Made by a program: the position numbers and the translations under genes
The notes under the pieces: model-generated
Databases searched by the model: none
Told to the model about the DNA's origin: nothing
What the model saw: only the letters and a program-made list of their open reading frames with translations
In this document: positions 1-10,769 of the stretch, piece after piece
Position numbering within the stretch: position 1 is the first letter of the stretch
Layout of the letters: the number at the start of each line of letters is the position of its first letter
Assembly: GCA_002269645.1 (NCBI GenBank)
Contig: NIVC01002266.1
Coordinates: forward strand, 1 to 30,088
Direction of reading: 5' to 3'
Source: Macrostomum lignano
Lineage: Eukaryota
DNA: 30,088 bases

Positions 1-3000
1 AAAAATCTGGATGCATCGAACTCGTTAAAAACTAAAATTTTCTATCCAAAATGCTTATGTGACTTTATTAAAAGTCAAAAACTCAATTTCAGAACATAAA
101 GTGACTAATTTTCGCAATTTATAACGTTCTTCGAGGCTTTTTATTGTAGACTCTTCAAGTTTTTTCAAATCAACTTTTTAGCTTTGGTTTGGCTTTGATT
201 TTGGTTTACCTACGAATAGAAATCGTAGATAATAAAAAGGATTTGAGAGTCACAATAGGCAAAGCCAGTTCTTTTTAAAAAAAAATTGGGTTGTCTTGCT
301 CTTGATATTTTCGGATATTATATTTAAACAGTGTGGCAACGAAAAATAGTATTCTTTAACCGATATTGAATAATTGAAAGCTTACACCAGTTACAACTTT
401 TAACAAAGTTTGCTGCCGGTTTTACTTTGACTTGTAATAAATGCATATTGTATTTACAAGTAATAAAACTAGTCTAAGTTAAATTTGGGTTTATGTTCAG
501 AAGGGTTACTGTTTAGGGATAATACAAAAAATAAATAATTCGAGCGACAAGAAATCTTACCACTCGAGACTTACAGATCGATTCGGCAATCTATTGTAAA
601 CAAACCACTTCTGCCGAGGACACGCCACGCGGCCGCACGCGGGGTGTCAGGCTTAAATACAATGTTCATTGTCGTTAAAGATTAGCACGTGACAATGTAG
701 TTTTAGCTCTGTATTTACTTTCTAATGCTACAACCCAAGCAAAACTATGTAATTTAATTAAATTACCAGAAACCTCTAACCAAGTCAAATAAAATCGACT
801 AGGCCCTATTTACTATTCAATTCGATCACTATAAAATAATATAAAATTATACTATCAGTTACAATCGCAAAAGTTATGTATTATGTGTTTAAGGCAATTT
901 AGGACCTAATATTTCTACAAGCCTCATTGGGTAATATTATTAGGGCCTAGCCGGCAAGCATTATTATTAATGAATTCGTTGGGAATCATTTGGGCAGGTA
1001 TTAATGATCCAGATCCAGAAAATTTTGAACGAGGCGCGCAGATTACTAAGTCATAATTAGGCCTAATTAAAACCAAAGATAGGAACTATTTGCAATTGCA
1101 ACAATTTTAGCTAAAAATTTCTATATAACTTATTTTTCCTTAAGTTTATAAATCTTAGTAACAGTAACATATTATTTGTTTATTACCTTAAAATGGCAGC
1201 ATAGGCAGAGAGATAAAAGAGGCTGCTGCCCCTAGATGACTATTTTCCTATCCTCCTAAGAGGTGACCACCCTCTCTATTACTAGCTTTCTATGGGATGA
1301 CCTACCATAATTTTTTTAGTATGAGCTCATTATATGTGTTTTTAAAGATTTTGGTATAATTTTCCATTCCGATTCTAAAAATTTGCTGGGAAAGAGGGGG
1401 ACCACCCAACCTGCCAACCATTGCCCCCTAATTTGAAGTGCTATGCCTATACTACTAACAACTTACCTTAGGTCTAATTTAGCTTTTTTAGCTTTTAGGT
1501 TTTTTAATATTGTAAATTTGTAAGTTGTGCTTGTATTTGCTATCTTAATTAATTGCAATTTGCTATAGTAATTATACTTCTCAATTTAACTAATAGTGTT
1601 GAACTTGTAATGTTAAAAAATTGTTAATCATGACCAAAAGGCAAAGTCTTTTTGCATTAAATGACTAAGTACTAAAGGTCTAATTGTACTAAAATACTTG
1701 GTCTTTTCATATATCTATTATTAAACAAAATATAGATATGTTCAACAAGTTTAGTTTTCTTTTTCCTTGCTATATAGACCCTAGTATTATTATTCTAATA
1801 GGGGCTTATATTATTTTTTGAAAATTCATATGGACTAATTTAATTGTAGTAATATAGATAGGCATAAGCTTTGGTCTATGACCTTAGATAAAAATATTCG
1901 CTCTGCAATATGGCTTTTAATAAACTTCTAGGCCTTTGCTAAATGTTAACATCAATGTTATAGCAAAGTTGATAATTTATTTATTAACAATCATAGTTTA
2001 TTAATATTTTATTATGTTTTAAAATAGAAAAGTTTTTAAAACAAAAAAGATATATAAAATCTGAGAGTAAGACTAAGTCTCAAATTTGCTTTTGATTTTG
2101 TTGGTTAATACTATTTTAAAATAATAACTATCTTTAATGTTTCATGATGTACATAATATTTTTGTATCTTTCAGGCACCTTATCAAGTAAAAGTTAGTAA
2201 AGAAGTATATAACTAGTCTATTTGTGGCATCTGTCTCCTAACTGAGTCACATGGAACATGACTTCTTTCTTCAGGGTAGGGTAAGTTCTTTTTTTTAATT
2301 CAAGCATGTTCATTTTGAACTATTATTCAAATTAAATCATTTGTAAACAAATGTTGTCAATGTGTATCATAGCAAACTTAAATTTGGTATTTCATTTTAA
2401 ACCCTAAATGCCAAATTTATACCCTGTTCCCTGATGTTCTTTAATTTAAGTTCAGTATTTTTTAAACTTTTTCATTAAGTTAACTTTTTCATTTTTCATT
2501 TGAGAGAGAGACACTTAGCAATGTAGATTATGGAATGTAGAAAGAGATGTTAGTGTTTACTTTGATTTTTTAGTTATTTGACTGTTACCAAACAGCACTA
2601 TCTAGCACTATCTAGTGATGTGACAATAACAGTTAAAATTAAATTGTATATAATCCTGATATGGATTATTGATCTAAAATTTTCATTATTGCTATATTGT
2701 AGAACATAATCTACAGTAGTATCTGAATGTAAGAAATCCATTATATTTAATGTTTATTCAAATATTATTTTGTCTAATTAATTTGTCCATTTTTTTATAG
2801 GTAGTTGATACAATTACATTCATTTCCTTTACTATTGGTGATATTGGTAAAGTTTTAAAAAATGTATTTCAGTTGGTTCATCTTGCTTTTGTGCTAACAG
2901 ATATGGTTAAACAGAGAATTTTCTCTTGAATACCAGGGTTACTGAGTTTACTGTAGACTCTGTAGGTTTGGGGTCTTACATTTATATGACTTTTACATCT

Positions 3001-3120
3001 TATATACTGGTTTGGTGTATTTTGCTTTACATTTTTTAAGCCTTCACAAAGCTATTCTAGCTAATCATTAATCCTAGTGATCTCATTGTGTGGTATATAC
3101 TTATAGTACTATCACTGTCC

Positions 3121-3742
3121 TCCCAGATCCTTAGTCGCTGCGCCACCTAGATCCTCAGTTGCTGAGCCTACCTCCCAGATTCTCAGTTGCTGGGCCAGCT
3201 TCCCAGAGTGTCAGTTGCTGGGCCAGCCTCTCAGAGTGTCAGTTGCTGGGCCAGACTCTCAGATCCTCAGTTGCTGGGCCAGCCTCCCAGAGTGTCAGTT
3301 GCTGGGCCAGCCTCTCAGAGTGTCAGTTGCTGGGCCAGACTCTCAGATCCTCAGTTTCTGGGCCAGCCTCTCAGAGTGTCAGTTGCTGGGCCAGACTCTC
3401 AGATCCTCAGTTGCTGGGCCAGCCTCTCAGAGTGTCAGTTGCTGGGCCAGACTCTCAGAGTTTCAGTTGCTGGGCCAGCCTCTCAGAGTGTCAGTTGCTG
3501 GGCCAGACTCCCAGAGTTTCAGTTGCTGGGCCAGCCTCTCAGAGTGTCAGTTGCTGGGCCAGACTCTCAGAGTGTCAGTTGCTGGGCCAGACTCTCAGAG
3601 TGTCAGTTGCTGGGCCAGACTCTCAGATACTCAGTTGCTGGGCCAGCCTCTCAGATACTCAGTTGCTGAGCCAACCTCCCAGATCCTCAGTTTCTGGGCC
3701 AGCCTCCCAGACACTCAGTTGCTGAGCCAGCCTCTCATATCC
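3121..3742. repeat. 28-bp minisatellite (CAGTTGCTGGGCCAGCCTCTCAGAGTGT and variants), about 22 copies
   Basis: Unit read directly. It is stop-free and 28 is not a multiple of 3, which explains the three overlapping + ORFs 3159/3187/3215. Confidence 0.95.
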
Positions 3743-3827
3743 AGGGCCGGAGCCGGCCTTTCAGATTCTCAATTTAAACAGGTCGCTAAAACTAACTGAT
3801 TATCTATCTTCCTTCACCCCCCTCAAG

Positions 3828-4086
3828 ATGTGCGAAAGCGCCTTCGCCGCATTCGGCGGTGGCGGCGGTATCAGCAGTCCAGAATGTGCAAGCGCCACAG
3901 GCGGGCCGCAGCAGCAGCAGCACTGGCGACTAGGATTCCTGGAAAACGCTGCTGGAAGAAGCGGCTCGGATATTAGCGGACCGAATTCTGCACTGACGGG
4001 CGTCGCCATGAACCTAATGCTGGACTCCACCGCTCAGGAGTTGGCATTCGACGAAGATTTTATGCAACCGTTTGAACCTCTGGCTT
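3828..4086 (+). CDS. Probable N-terminal coding exon of the RUN-domain gene (MCESAFAAFGGGGG...ELAFDEDFMQPFEPLA)
   Basis: GC-rich ORF starting at ATG 3828, preceded by a pyrimidine tract + AG. Strong donor T|GTAAGT at 4087 (phase 1) matches the phase-1 acceptor at 8281. Linkage to the RUN exons is inferred from phase only. Confidence 0.6.
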
Positions 4087-4180
4087 GTAAGTTTAGCGTG
4101 AGCGCTGATTTGGGGGCTGGAGAAGTCACTCCTAACCGCAATCTCTAAATCCATATACAAGCACACATTCTAGTACCACC

Positions 4181-4958
4181 TAACTCCATCTGCCACCACT
4201 ATTAGCTCTATCTACCACAGCTCATTAACTCTATCTACCACAGCTCATTAACTTATCTACCACAGCTCATTAACTCTATCTACCACAGCTCATTAACTCT
4301 ATCTACCACCGCTCATTAACTCTATCTACCACAGCTCATTAACTCTATCTACCACAGCTCATTAACTCTATCTACCACAGCTCATTAACTCTATCTACCA
4401 CCGCTCATTAACTCTATCTACCACAGCTCATTAACTCTATCTACCACAGCTCATTAACTCTATCTACCACAGCTCATTAACTCTATCTACCACCGCTCAT
4501 TAACTATCTACCACCGCTCATTAACTCTATCTACCACAGCTCATTAACTATCTACCACAGCTCATTAACTATCTACCACAGCTCATTAACTCTATCTACC
4601 ACAGCTCATTAACTATCTACCACAGCTCATTAACTCTATCTTCCACAGCTTATTAACTCTATCTTCCACAGCTCATTAACTCTATCTACCACCGCTCATT
4701 AACTCTATCTACCACAGCTCATTAACTATCTACCACAGCTCATTAACTATCTACCACAGCTCATTAACTATCTACCACAGCTCATTAACTCTATCTACCA
4801 CAGCTCATTAACTCTATCTACCACAGCTCATTAACTCTATCTACCACCGCTCATTAACTCTATCTACCCATTAACTCTATCTACCAAAGCTCATTAACTC
4901 TATCTACCACAGCTCATTAACTCTATCTACCACAGCTCATTAACTCGATCTACCACAA
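4181..4958. repeat. 23-bp minisatellite (CTCTATCTACCACAGCTCATTAA) with 21-bp variants, about 33 copies, intronic
   Basis: Unit read directly; head-to-tail with no spacers. Confidence 0.95.
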
Positions 4959-6360
4959 CCCAAAATATCTAGCGCAACCCCTAAAACTACCTACCACCTT
5001 CACCACTCCCAAACGCTACTACTATAGCCTACCATTATCACCCATTGTCATAATAAATGATTGATGAACTGATCAAACCTATGTAAAATTTGTGGTTGAA
5101 CTTTTATATACTCGTAAAAGCTGAACAATATAATCCATACTGTTTCATTTCATTACTTTTCTATTTGAATTCCTTACAACTTATTCCCTTTAATAAATTA
5201 TTGTAGCTTTACTTCCCTAGACTGTCAAAGATAATGTCGTCATACATTTATTCCTGCCCGTTTATACCCAGGCTCTTCAGTGCCATTGGCTAAGTGTCTC
5301 TTGTCTTTTTTAGATTAACTCCTTTCCTTAGTCCTATCCTTTTCTGTACTAGGGTTGTCCAGGGAGGCTCAGGAAGGCTATTCTGAAAGAGAGAATAATA
5401 TTCAGATCGATATTCTGAGCTTTCAGTTCGGCCTTTGAGGGCTACTAAAGGCTAAAAGGTTTAATCCTTTTTCACTTTCTCACCCCCATAATGTGACAGA
5501 GTTTCACACTTGGTATGTGTCAATAATATTTCAACTTGAATTATGTTATAAATATTATTTACAATAGTAATCTTGTCAACATAATTAATCTGCTAAGAAC
5601 CTCCCTACTGATTTATTAGTAGGCCTACTAGATATCTGAGTTTGCACTTTTGTTCAACCTCTGAACAACCCCTAGTAGAAACTGCTGCATAGTGTAGCCA
5701 ATTCTGTATGGTTTTCTCCTGGGAGGTAGGGAGAGGGAAGCATGTATTCCCCACCCACTGGATACTGACCAAGACAAGGCTAGGTAGGATCAGTGTTTCA
5801 CTGACACTGTTCTGCCCCGGTCTCTGTAAGAAGCAAGCAGAAAAGTGCGAACTTCGGTTATTAATGTTCATAATTTTATAACCATAATTATTTCTTCAAA
5901 AGTTTAAAGTTTCGGCGCAAAAGATGTTTTTTATATGGAGAGCGACTTTTAGAACTTTTTTTGGTTAGCGAAAATTCGTTAGCAAGTAATACAAGATAGA
6001 GAAAAGTCTGCACTTTCTGCTTTAAAAGAAGAAAAACACAGAAAAATGCAATCTAGAAGCAATTTTAATGTTCTGTTTTTTCTAGCGTCAAAATGTTTCT
6101 AACCGTGCATCTAGTGGCTGAGGTAGGGATGCTGGCTGTTGACTCGGGCTGTGTGGGCGGCTGATGCCTAATGGCCCACTGGGTGCAAGCTCGGCAAATC
6201 CAGCAATTGAAAGTGTACGTATGGGGTTTCTCTCTCTCTCTCTCAGTCTTTCCTGCTCTCTCTACTTGCTTAGTCATCAATCTATATAATACACTAGCAT
6301 CCCGCGGTGCGGTTTCTTTCTTAGAAAAAAGTTACGATAGGAAACATGTTTCAGTGGTTG

Positions 6361-6752
6361 TAGGGGCGTCGCCATGGATTTTTTGGTGGGGGGGACAAAG
6401 CCAATAATTATACATGTACATGTACATGACTAAATTCTTACATGTACATTATTTTCAGAATCGGTGTTGTTAGCAGTTATTTTAACGCAGCAGGCACTCA
6501 TTTTAGCGCCTCGAGCACTCATTTTAGCGCAGCAGGCACTCATTTTAGCGCCGCAGGCACTCATTTTAGCGCAGCAGTCACTCATTTTAGCGCCTCGGAC
6601 ACTCATTTTGGCGCTGTATTGTCGCCCTGCAGCAAAATTATTGATTTCCATAACGGGTCACACGGTGGGGTGGGGGGACAGCATGTCCCCCCCCCCCAGA
6701 TCTTTACTGGAGGGGAGGGGGGCATGTCCCCCCCCCGTTGGCGACGCCCCTG
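6361..6752. mobile_element. Non-autonomous hAT-like DNA transposon (MITE) with an internal 21-bp repeat
   Basis: 13-bp inverted termini AGGGGCGTCGCCA (6362-6374) / TGGCGACGCCCCT (6739-6751). Flanking 8-bp near-duplication agtggttg (6353-6360) / aatggttg (6753-6760). About 6 copies of GCAGCAGGCACTCATTTTAGC at ~6485-6612. An 8-bp TSD with (C/T)AGGGG termini is typical of hAT. Confidence 0.8.
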
Positions 6753-7423
6753 AATGGTTGTAAGCTGTATCAAAGCTTCTACTTGGAATCTTGCGAATGG
6801 ATGTTTGTCAGAAATTGGCACTGTTACCATGTTGAATCTATAGGTTTTACTAGCTATAATAAACAATTCATAATTGTTCATAATAAACAACAAGATGTAG
6901 TAAAATCTCTATGTTTTCTATGATTGAACGATAATTTGAGCTATTTAGGCACAAGCTCCAGCCCCAGGTTGAATTGCACTATCCCCAAGACTAATTTTTG
7001 CACACACATTGAAAACTGCATTACCGTGACAAGAATTATCAGTCATTTCAAACAACTCACTTGTAACTCTAGCCACTCAGGGGCGATTCTTGCTCCTTTT
7101 TAACGACTCAAACGACTGTAATGCGATTGAGAGGCGAATTTTATAAAAGAAGTTGCAAAAATGTCGTCTAAGAGTCGCTGTGTAGCGCTTAACTTTCTAC
7201 TGACTCTAGTAGACTGAATAGAGTTGTTATAGATACGAAATGCGATCGTACTTTATGAAGTGAACCCACAGTCGCTTTGACGACTTTTTGGCGACTTGTA
7301 CCATGATATCCCATTCTTTTTCGAGTCGTTTTAGAGTCACTTCTTTTCTGTTTTACCTGTGTTACCTGCAACGACGCTGAGGCGATGCAAGTGACTTTAG
7401 GACGCTTCTGGGCCTAGGTATCG

Positions 7424-8145
7424 GGGTTGCTTTCACAAACGCGAAATTTCACAACCGCTAAATCATTTACTTTCACAACCGCGAAACTTCATAACCGCGA
7501 AACTTCACAACCGCTAAATCACCTACTTTCACAACCGCGAAACTTCATAACCGCGAAACTTCACAACCGCTAATTTTTTTGCAGTCACTTTCATAAACGC
7601 GAAACTTCACAAAAGCGAAACTTCACAACCGCTAAATCACCCACTTTCATAAGCGCGAAACTTCACAAACGCGAAACTTCACAACCGCTAAATGTCATCT
7701 ACTTTCACAACCGCGAAACTTCATAACCGCGAAACTTCACAAACGCGAAACTTCACAACCGCTAAATGTCATCTACTTTCACAACCGCGAAACTTCATAA
7801 CCGCGAAACTTCACAACCGCTAAAAAGACTGCAGTATATGAAAGTATGTGCAAAATTTTTAGCGGTTGTGAAGTTTCGCGGTTATGAAGTTTCGCGGTTG
7901 TGAAAGTAGATGACATTTAGCGGTTGTGAAGTTTCGCGTTTGTGAAGTTTCGCGGTTGTGAAGTTTCGCGTTTGTGAAAGTGACAGCAAAAAATTTAGCG
8001 GTTGTGAAGTTTCGCGTTTATGAAATTTAGCGCTTATGAAAGTAGGTGATTTAGCGATTGTGAAGTTTCGCGTTTGTGAAGTTTCGCGTTTATGAAAGCA
8101 AATGCTTTTAGCGGTTATGAAATTTCGCGTTTGTGAAACCCACCC
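7424..8145. mobile_element. Foldback-type non-autonomous DNA transposon, copy 1
   Basis: Left arm ~7424-7825 is built of TTCACAACCGCGAAAC units; right arm ~7856-8145 is the reverse-complement array; short unique centre. Termini GGGTTGCTTTCAC / GTGAAACCCACCC. Flanking 7-bp direct repeat ggtatcg (7417-7423; 8146-8152). Confidence 0.85.
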
Positions 8146-8281
8146 GGTATCGGGCCCACACTGCAGTCATCGTCAATCAAAGAAAGAAACTTCAAAAAGG
8201 AGGTTTCTGATTATGTTAACAGTAAAACAGCTAAGAGACTGATCGTCTACATTTTCTTCAATTGCGTCATCGCCTTAACAG

Positions 8282-8731
8282 GGGCAAGCCTAGCCAATCT
8301 ACAAATCAAAAATATCCAAACACCTCAATTGAACCCGCAGACAAGTCAGCGTCCCAGCACAGTGCCAATGGCAACCAATCGATATGCTGTTGGACATGTC
8401 TCAAAGCGACTCGTGTCTGCTTTTGCAACAACAACAAAAACAACAGCAGCAACAACAACAACAGCAACAGAAGCAACAGCAGAGTGCTCAAGATCGGCAA
8501 GCCTACTGCTCAGACGAGGCGATGGCCTGGCGACTACTCCGACACCGCCATTAACAGCGGCTTCGCAGGATGGCGGCTACTCGGCCGACGACAGCGAGTC
8601 AGGCGTAGGCGTCGGCGGCGTCTGTCAACGTTTGCTGGCCGCATCGCCTCCGTCCACTAGGGAGCGATACCGCCTGGTGGTCGGGCTGGAGGCCTCCGGG
8701 ACAGCTTCCGAGTTGGGAAAGAATATAACTG
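8282..8731 (+). CDS. Probable internal low-complexity coding exon (Thr/Ala/Ser-rich) of the RUN-domain gene
   Basis: Acceptor ccttaacag|GG at 8281, open frame of ORF 8329-8736, donor G|GTTAGT at 8732. Phase 1 at both ends fits both neighbouring exons. Confidence 0.55.
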
Positions 8732-8918
8732 GTTAGTGTTTTCAATCTTGTATTACGAGTATTGCTTTTAGGAGTATGTCTACCACTGGTCAACGCTCCT
8801 AACTTCAAACCACCCTTTAATAACTTTTGGAACCTTTAGAATCGTCCTTTGTTTAGAAAATTTGTTTCTTTTGTTTCTACCGTTATGCAGTATACAATCA
8901 CCATTGTTCGAATTTTAG

Positions 8919-9972
8919 GCGTTGCCATAGCAACTAGAGGCGCTGCGACAGCGACGGAATCTGGCGCCAATACGACCACGTGGCGCCGATTGAAAAGCAG
9001 CGCCGGCAACCGGCTGGCATCTTGGCGCGCTTTAAGCGAAATTGCGCGAGTACCGCCTACCATGGCAACCTCGCTTAGATTAGATAACAACAAAGACTTC
9101 TGCTTGGACAAAGACTGCACAGAAGAAGCCGCCAACGTTGTCTCGCCCTGGTCAGAGCGGGCTCAGTACTCCGGCACTCTGCTCGAGCTGTTCCAGCGAT
9201 CGCGAAGGCGCAACAGCTCGCGAGACGGCTCGCACGGTTCGCTCCTGTCTGTCGCCGCCGCTGCCGCCGCTGCTGCCACAGCTGCCGCTTCCTCGTCGGC
9301 TTCGTCGACTCCAGCCGATCGTCAAAGCGTCGCCTGCCAGTTCCCGCCCGCCGCTGGCTTGTCGGCGCATTTAAGAAGGCAACGCGCCGGCGGCGGCCCC
9401 TTGCCTAGCGGCCTTGGCTTCCTTGGCGACCCTCTGCCTCCGCCACCACCGCCGCCTCCGCCGCCTGGCGACACCAGCGATTCCGGCATCGACACGCCTG
9501 GAGCTGCTGCGGCCAGTTCGAGTTGCAGCACCGTCGTCTGTCGGAAATGCGGCTGCCGTCAGCGACCGTTGAAGTCCTGCCTACTTGGGGGCGGGGGCGG
9601 CGGCAATGTCGGTGGCGCTGGCGACGAAGCTGACGTCGATTCTTCGTCGTCGTCCTCGTCGGAGTCAGTTATCGATGCGGACATTGCCGCTGCCGCAGCT
9701 GCCGCCGACAATGACGCCGCTGCTGCAGCAGCCGACGATGGCGCTGGCAGTAACGGCGGATTCCGCGCTAAAAAGTCCGTGTCCTTCTGCGACCGGCCAC
9801 CGTCGGCGCCGACGTCCGCGCCAACTAGTCGACGATCGACTTCGAGGAAGAATTCGGCGGCTGGACTGTCGACAGCTACGGCTAATGCGTCGACGTCGAC
9901 TTCAAAGTCGAAGATTCGTAGGCCGCTTAGTTTGCAGCTGAACGATTTGACACTAATGTTATACCGAAACAG
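8919..9972 (+). CDS. Large low-complexity (Ala/Ser/Pro/Gly) coding exon upstream of the RUN domain
   Basis: ORF 8849-9976; acceptor aattttag|GC at 8918 (phase 1); donor AG|GTAATG at 9973 (phase 2); GC- and CpG-rich coding-like composition. Confidence 0.7.
8921..8934. promoter_or_regulatory. RFX X-box-like palindrome GTTGCCATAGCAAC
   Basis: Exact fit to the GTYNCY-AT-RGNAAC X-box consensus; function untested. Confidence 0.4.
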
Positions 9973-10098
9973 GTAATGCTCAGTTGTTTCATCTTGTAAC
10001 CTGCGTTGTTTATCTATTCTATTGTTATTGAAATTAACTACCAATCTGATGCTTAACCAATATGTATCGAAAGTAAACACCCGCAACGATAATCTAAG

Positions 10099-10492
10099 GT
10101 TGGTCTATACGGCGGCGACAGCGACAGTCCGCCTCTGCTGTTCCACGGCTCGCCGCCGGAATCGCCGCGTGCTGTTGGCGAAAAATCGCATCGACAACGC
10201 TTGCAGACTCTCGTCAGCGACGCAATCCGTGGCGTTAACGACCTGCTGCTGGCGATCGCCTCTGGCGGCGACCCGCAGTCAGCCGCGGCCCGCAGGCTCT
10301 GCCCACCGTTGCACGGCCTGCTGACTGACGAGTTGCTGGCGCCTGGCAGCGGCGGCGCTGCCTCCTCGACGTCTTCGGCCGCGTCGCCTGCGGCGCCATC
10401 GTCAGCGGTGACTGCTAGTAGTCGTCTGGGATTCGGCGTGGTGAAAAATCGCTCTCACCTGTGGCAGATGATCGAAGAGTCCTGCAAACCCG
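10099..10492 (+). CDS. RUSC: RUN domain exon 1 (RUSC1/2-like); 5' boundary uncertain (10099, 10122 or 10128)
   Basis: Translation LVSDAIRGVNDLL...LCPPLHGLLTDEL...HLWQMIEESCKPG parallels the RUSC-family RUN N-part (LCPALHAL..DGL...W..VEAS.KPG). Donor G|GTATGG at 10493. Confidence 0.85.
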
Positions 10493-10769
10493 GTATGGCG
10501 GGTTTTGGTTCTGTCGTAATGCATCGAAAAGTTTTAGTTGCCAAAACCGCATTTAGTTGTTTGTTTTGCCTATATGAGGCGAAAATTGGATTTTATCTTT
10601 GACTTTATTGATATGTAAAAAAGTACTATTAAATATGCTGCTATGTATGTAAAATGGGCGTAGTTACGAGCATATCCGCTAAATGTATATCTTTAGAATT
10701 ACCGATATGTATCGGACGTGTTTATTACTTTGCTAGCTACCATTTTATCATCCCTACTACATTTTCTAG

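Noticed and set aside
3159-3799. Three overlapping 160-194 aa + strand ORFs
   Set aside because: Products of the stop-free 28-bp satellite read in rotating frames; no ATG start or domain pattern.
4181-4958. CRISPR-like appearance of a 23-bp repeat array
   Set aside because: Units are head-to-tail with no unique spacers, no cas genes, and the context is a eukaryotic intron.
6430-6763. ORFs with AKMSA/THFSA/LILA repeats
   Set aside because: Translations of the 21-bp internal repeat of the hAT-like MITE.
9559-10086. 175-aa minus-strand ORF (also 11789-12112 and 3800-4030)
   Set aside because: Antisense shadows of GC-rich + strand exons; no independent splice or domain evidence.
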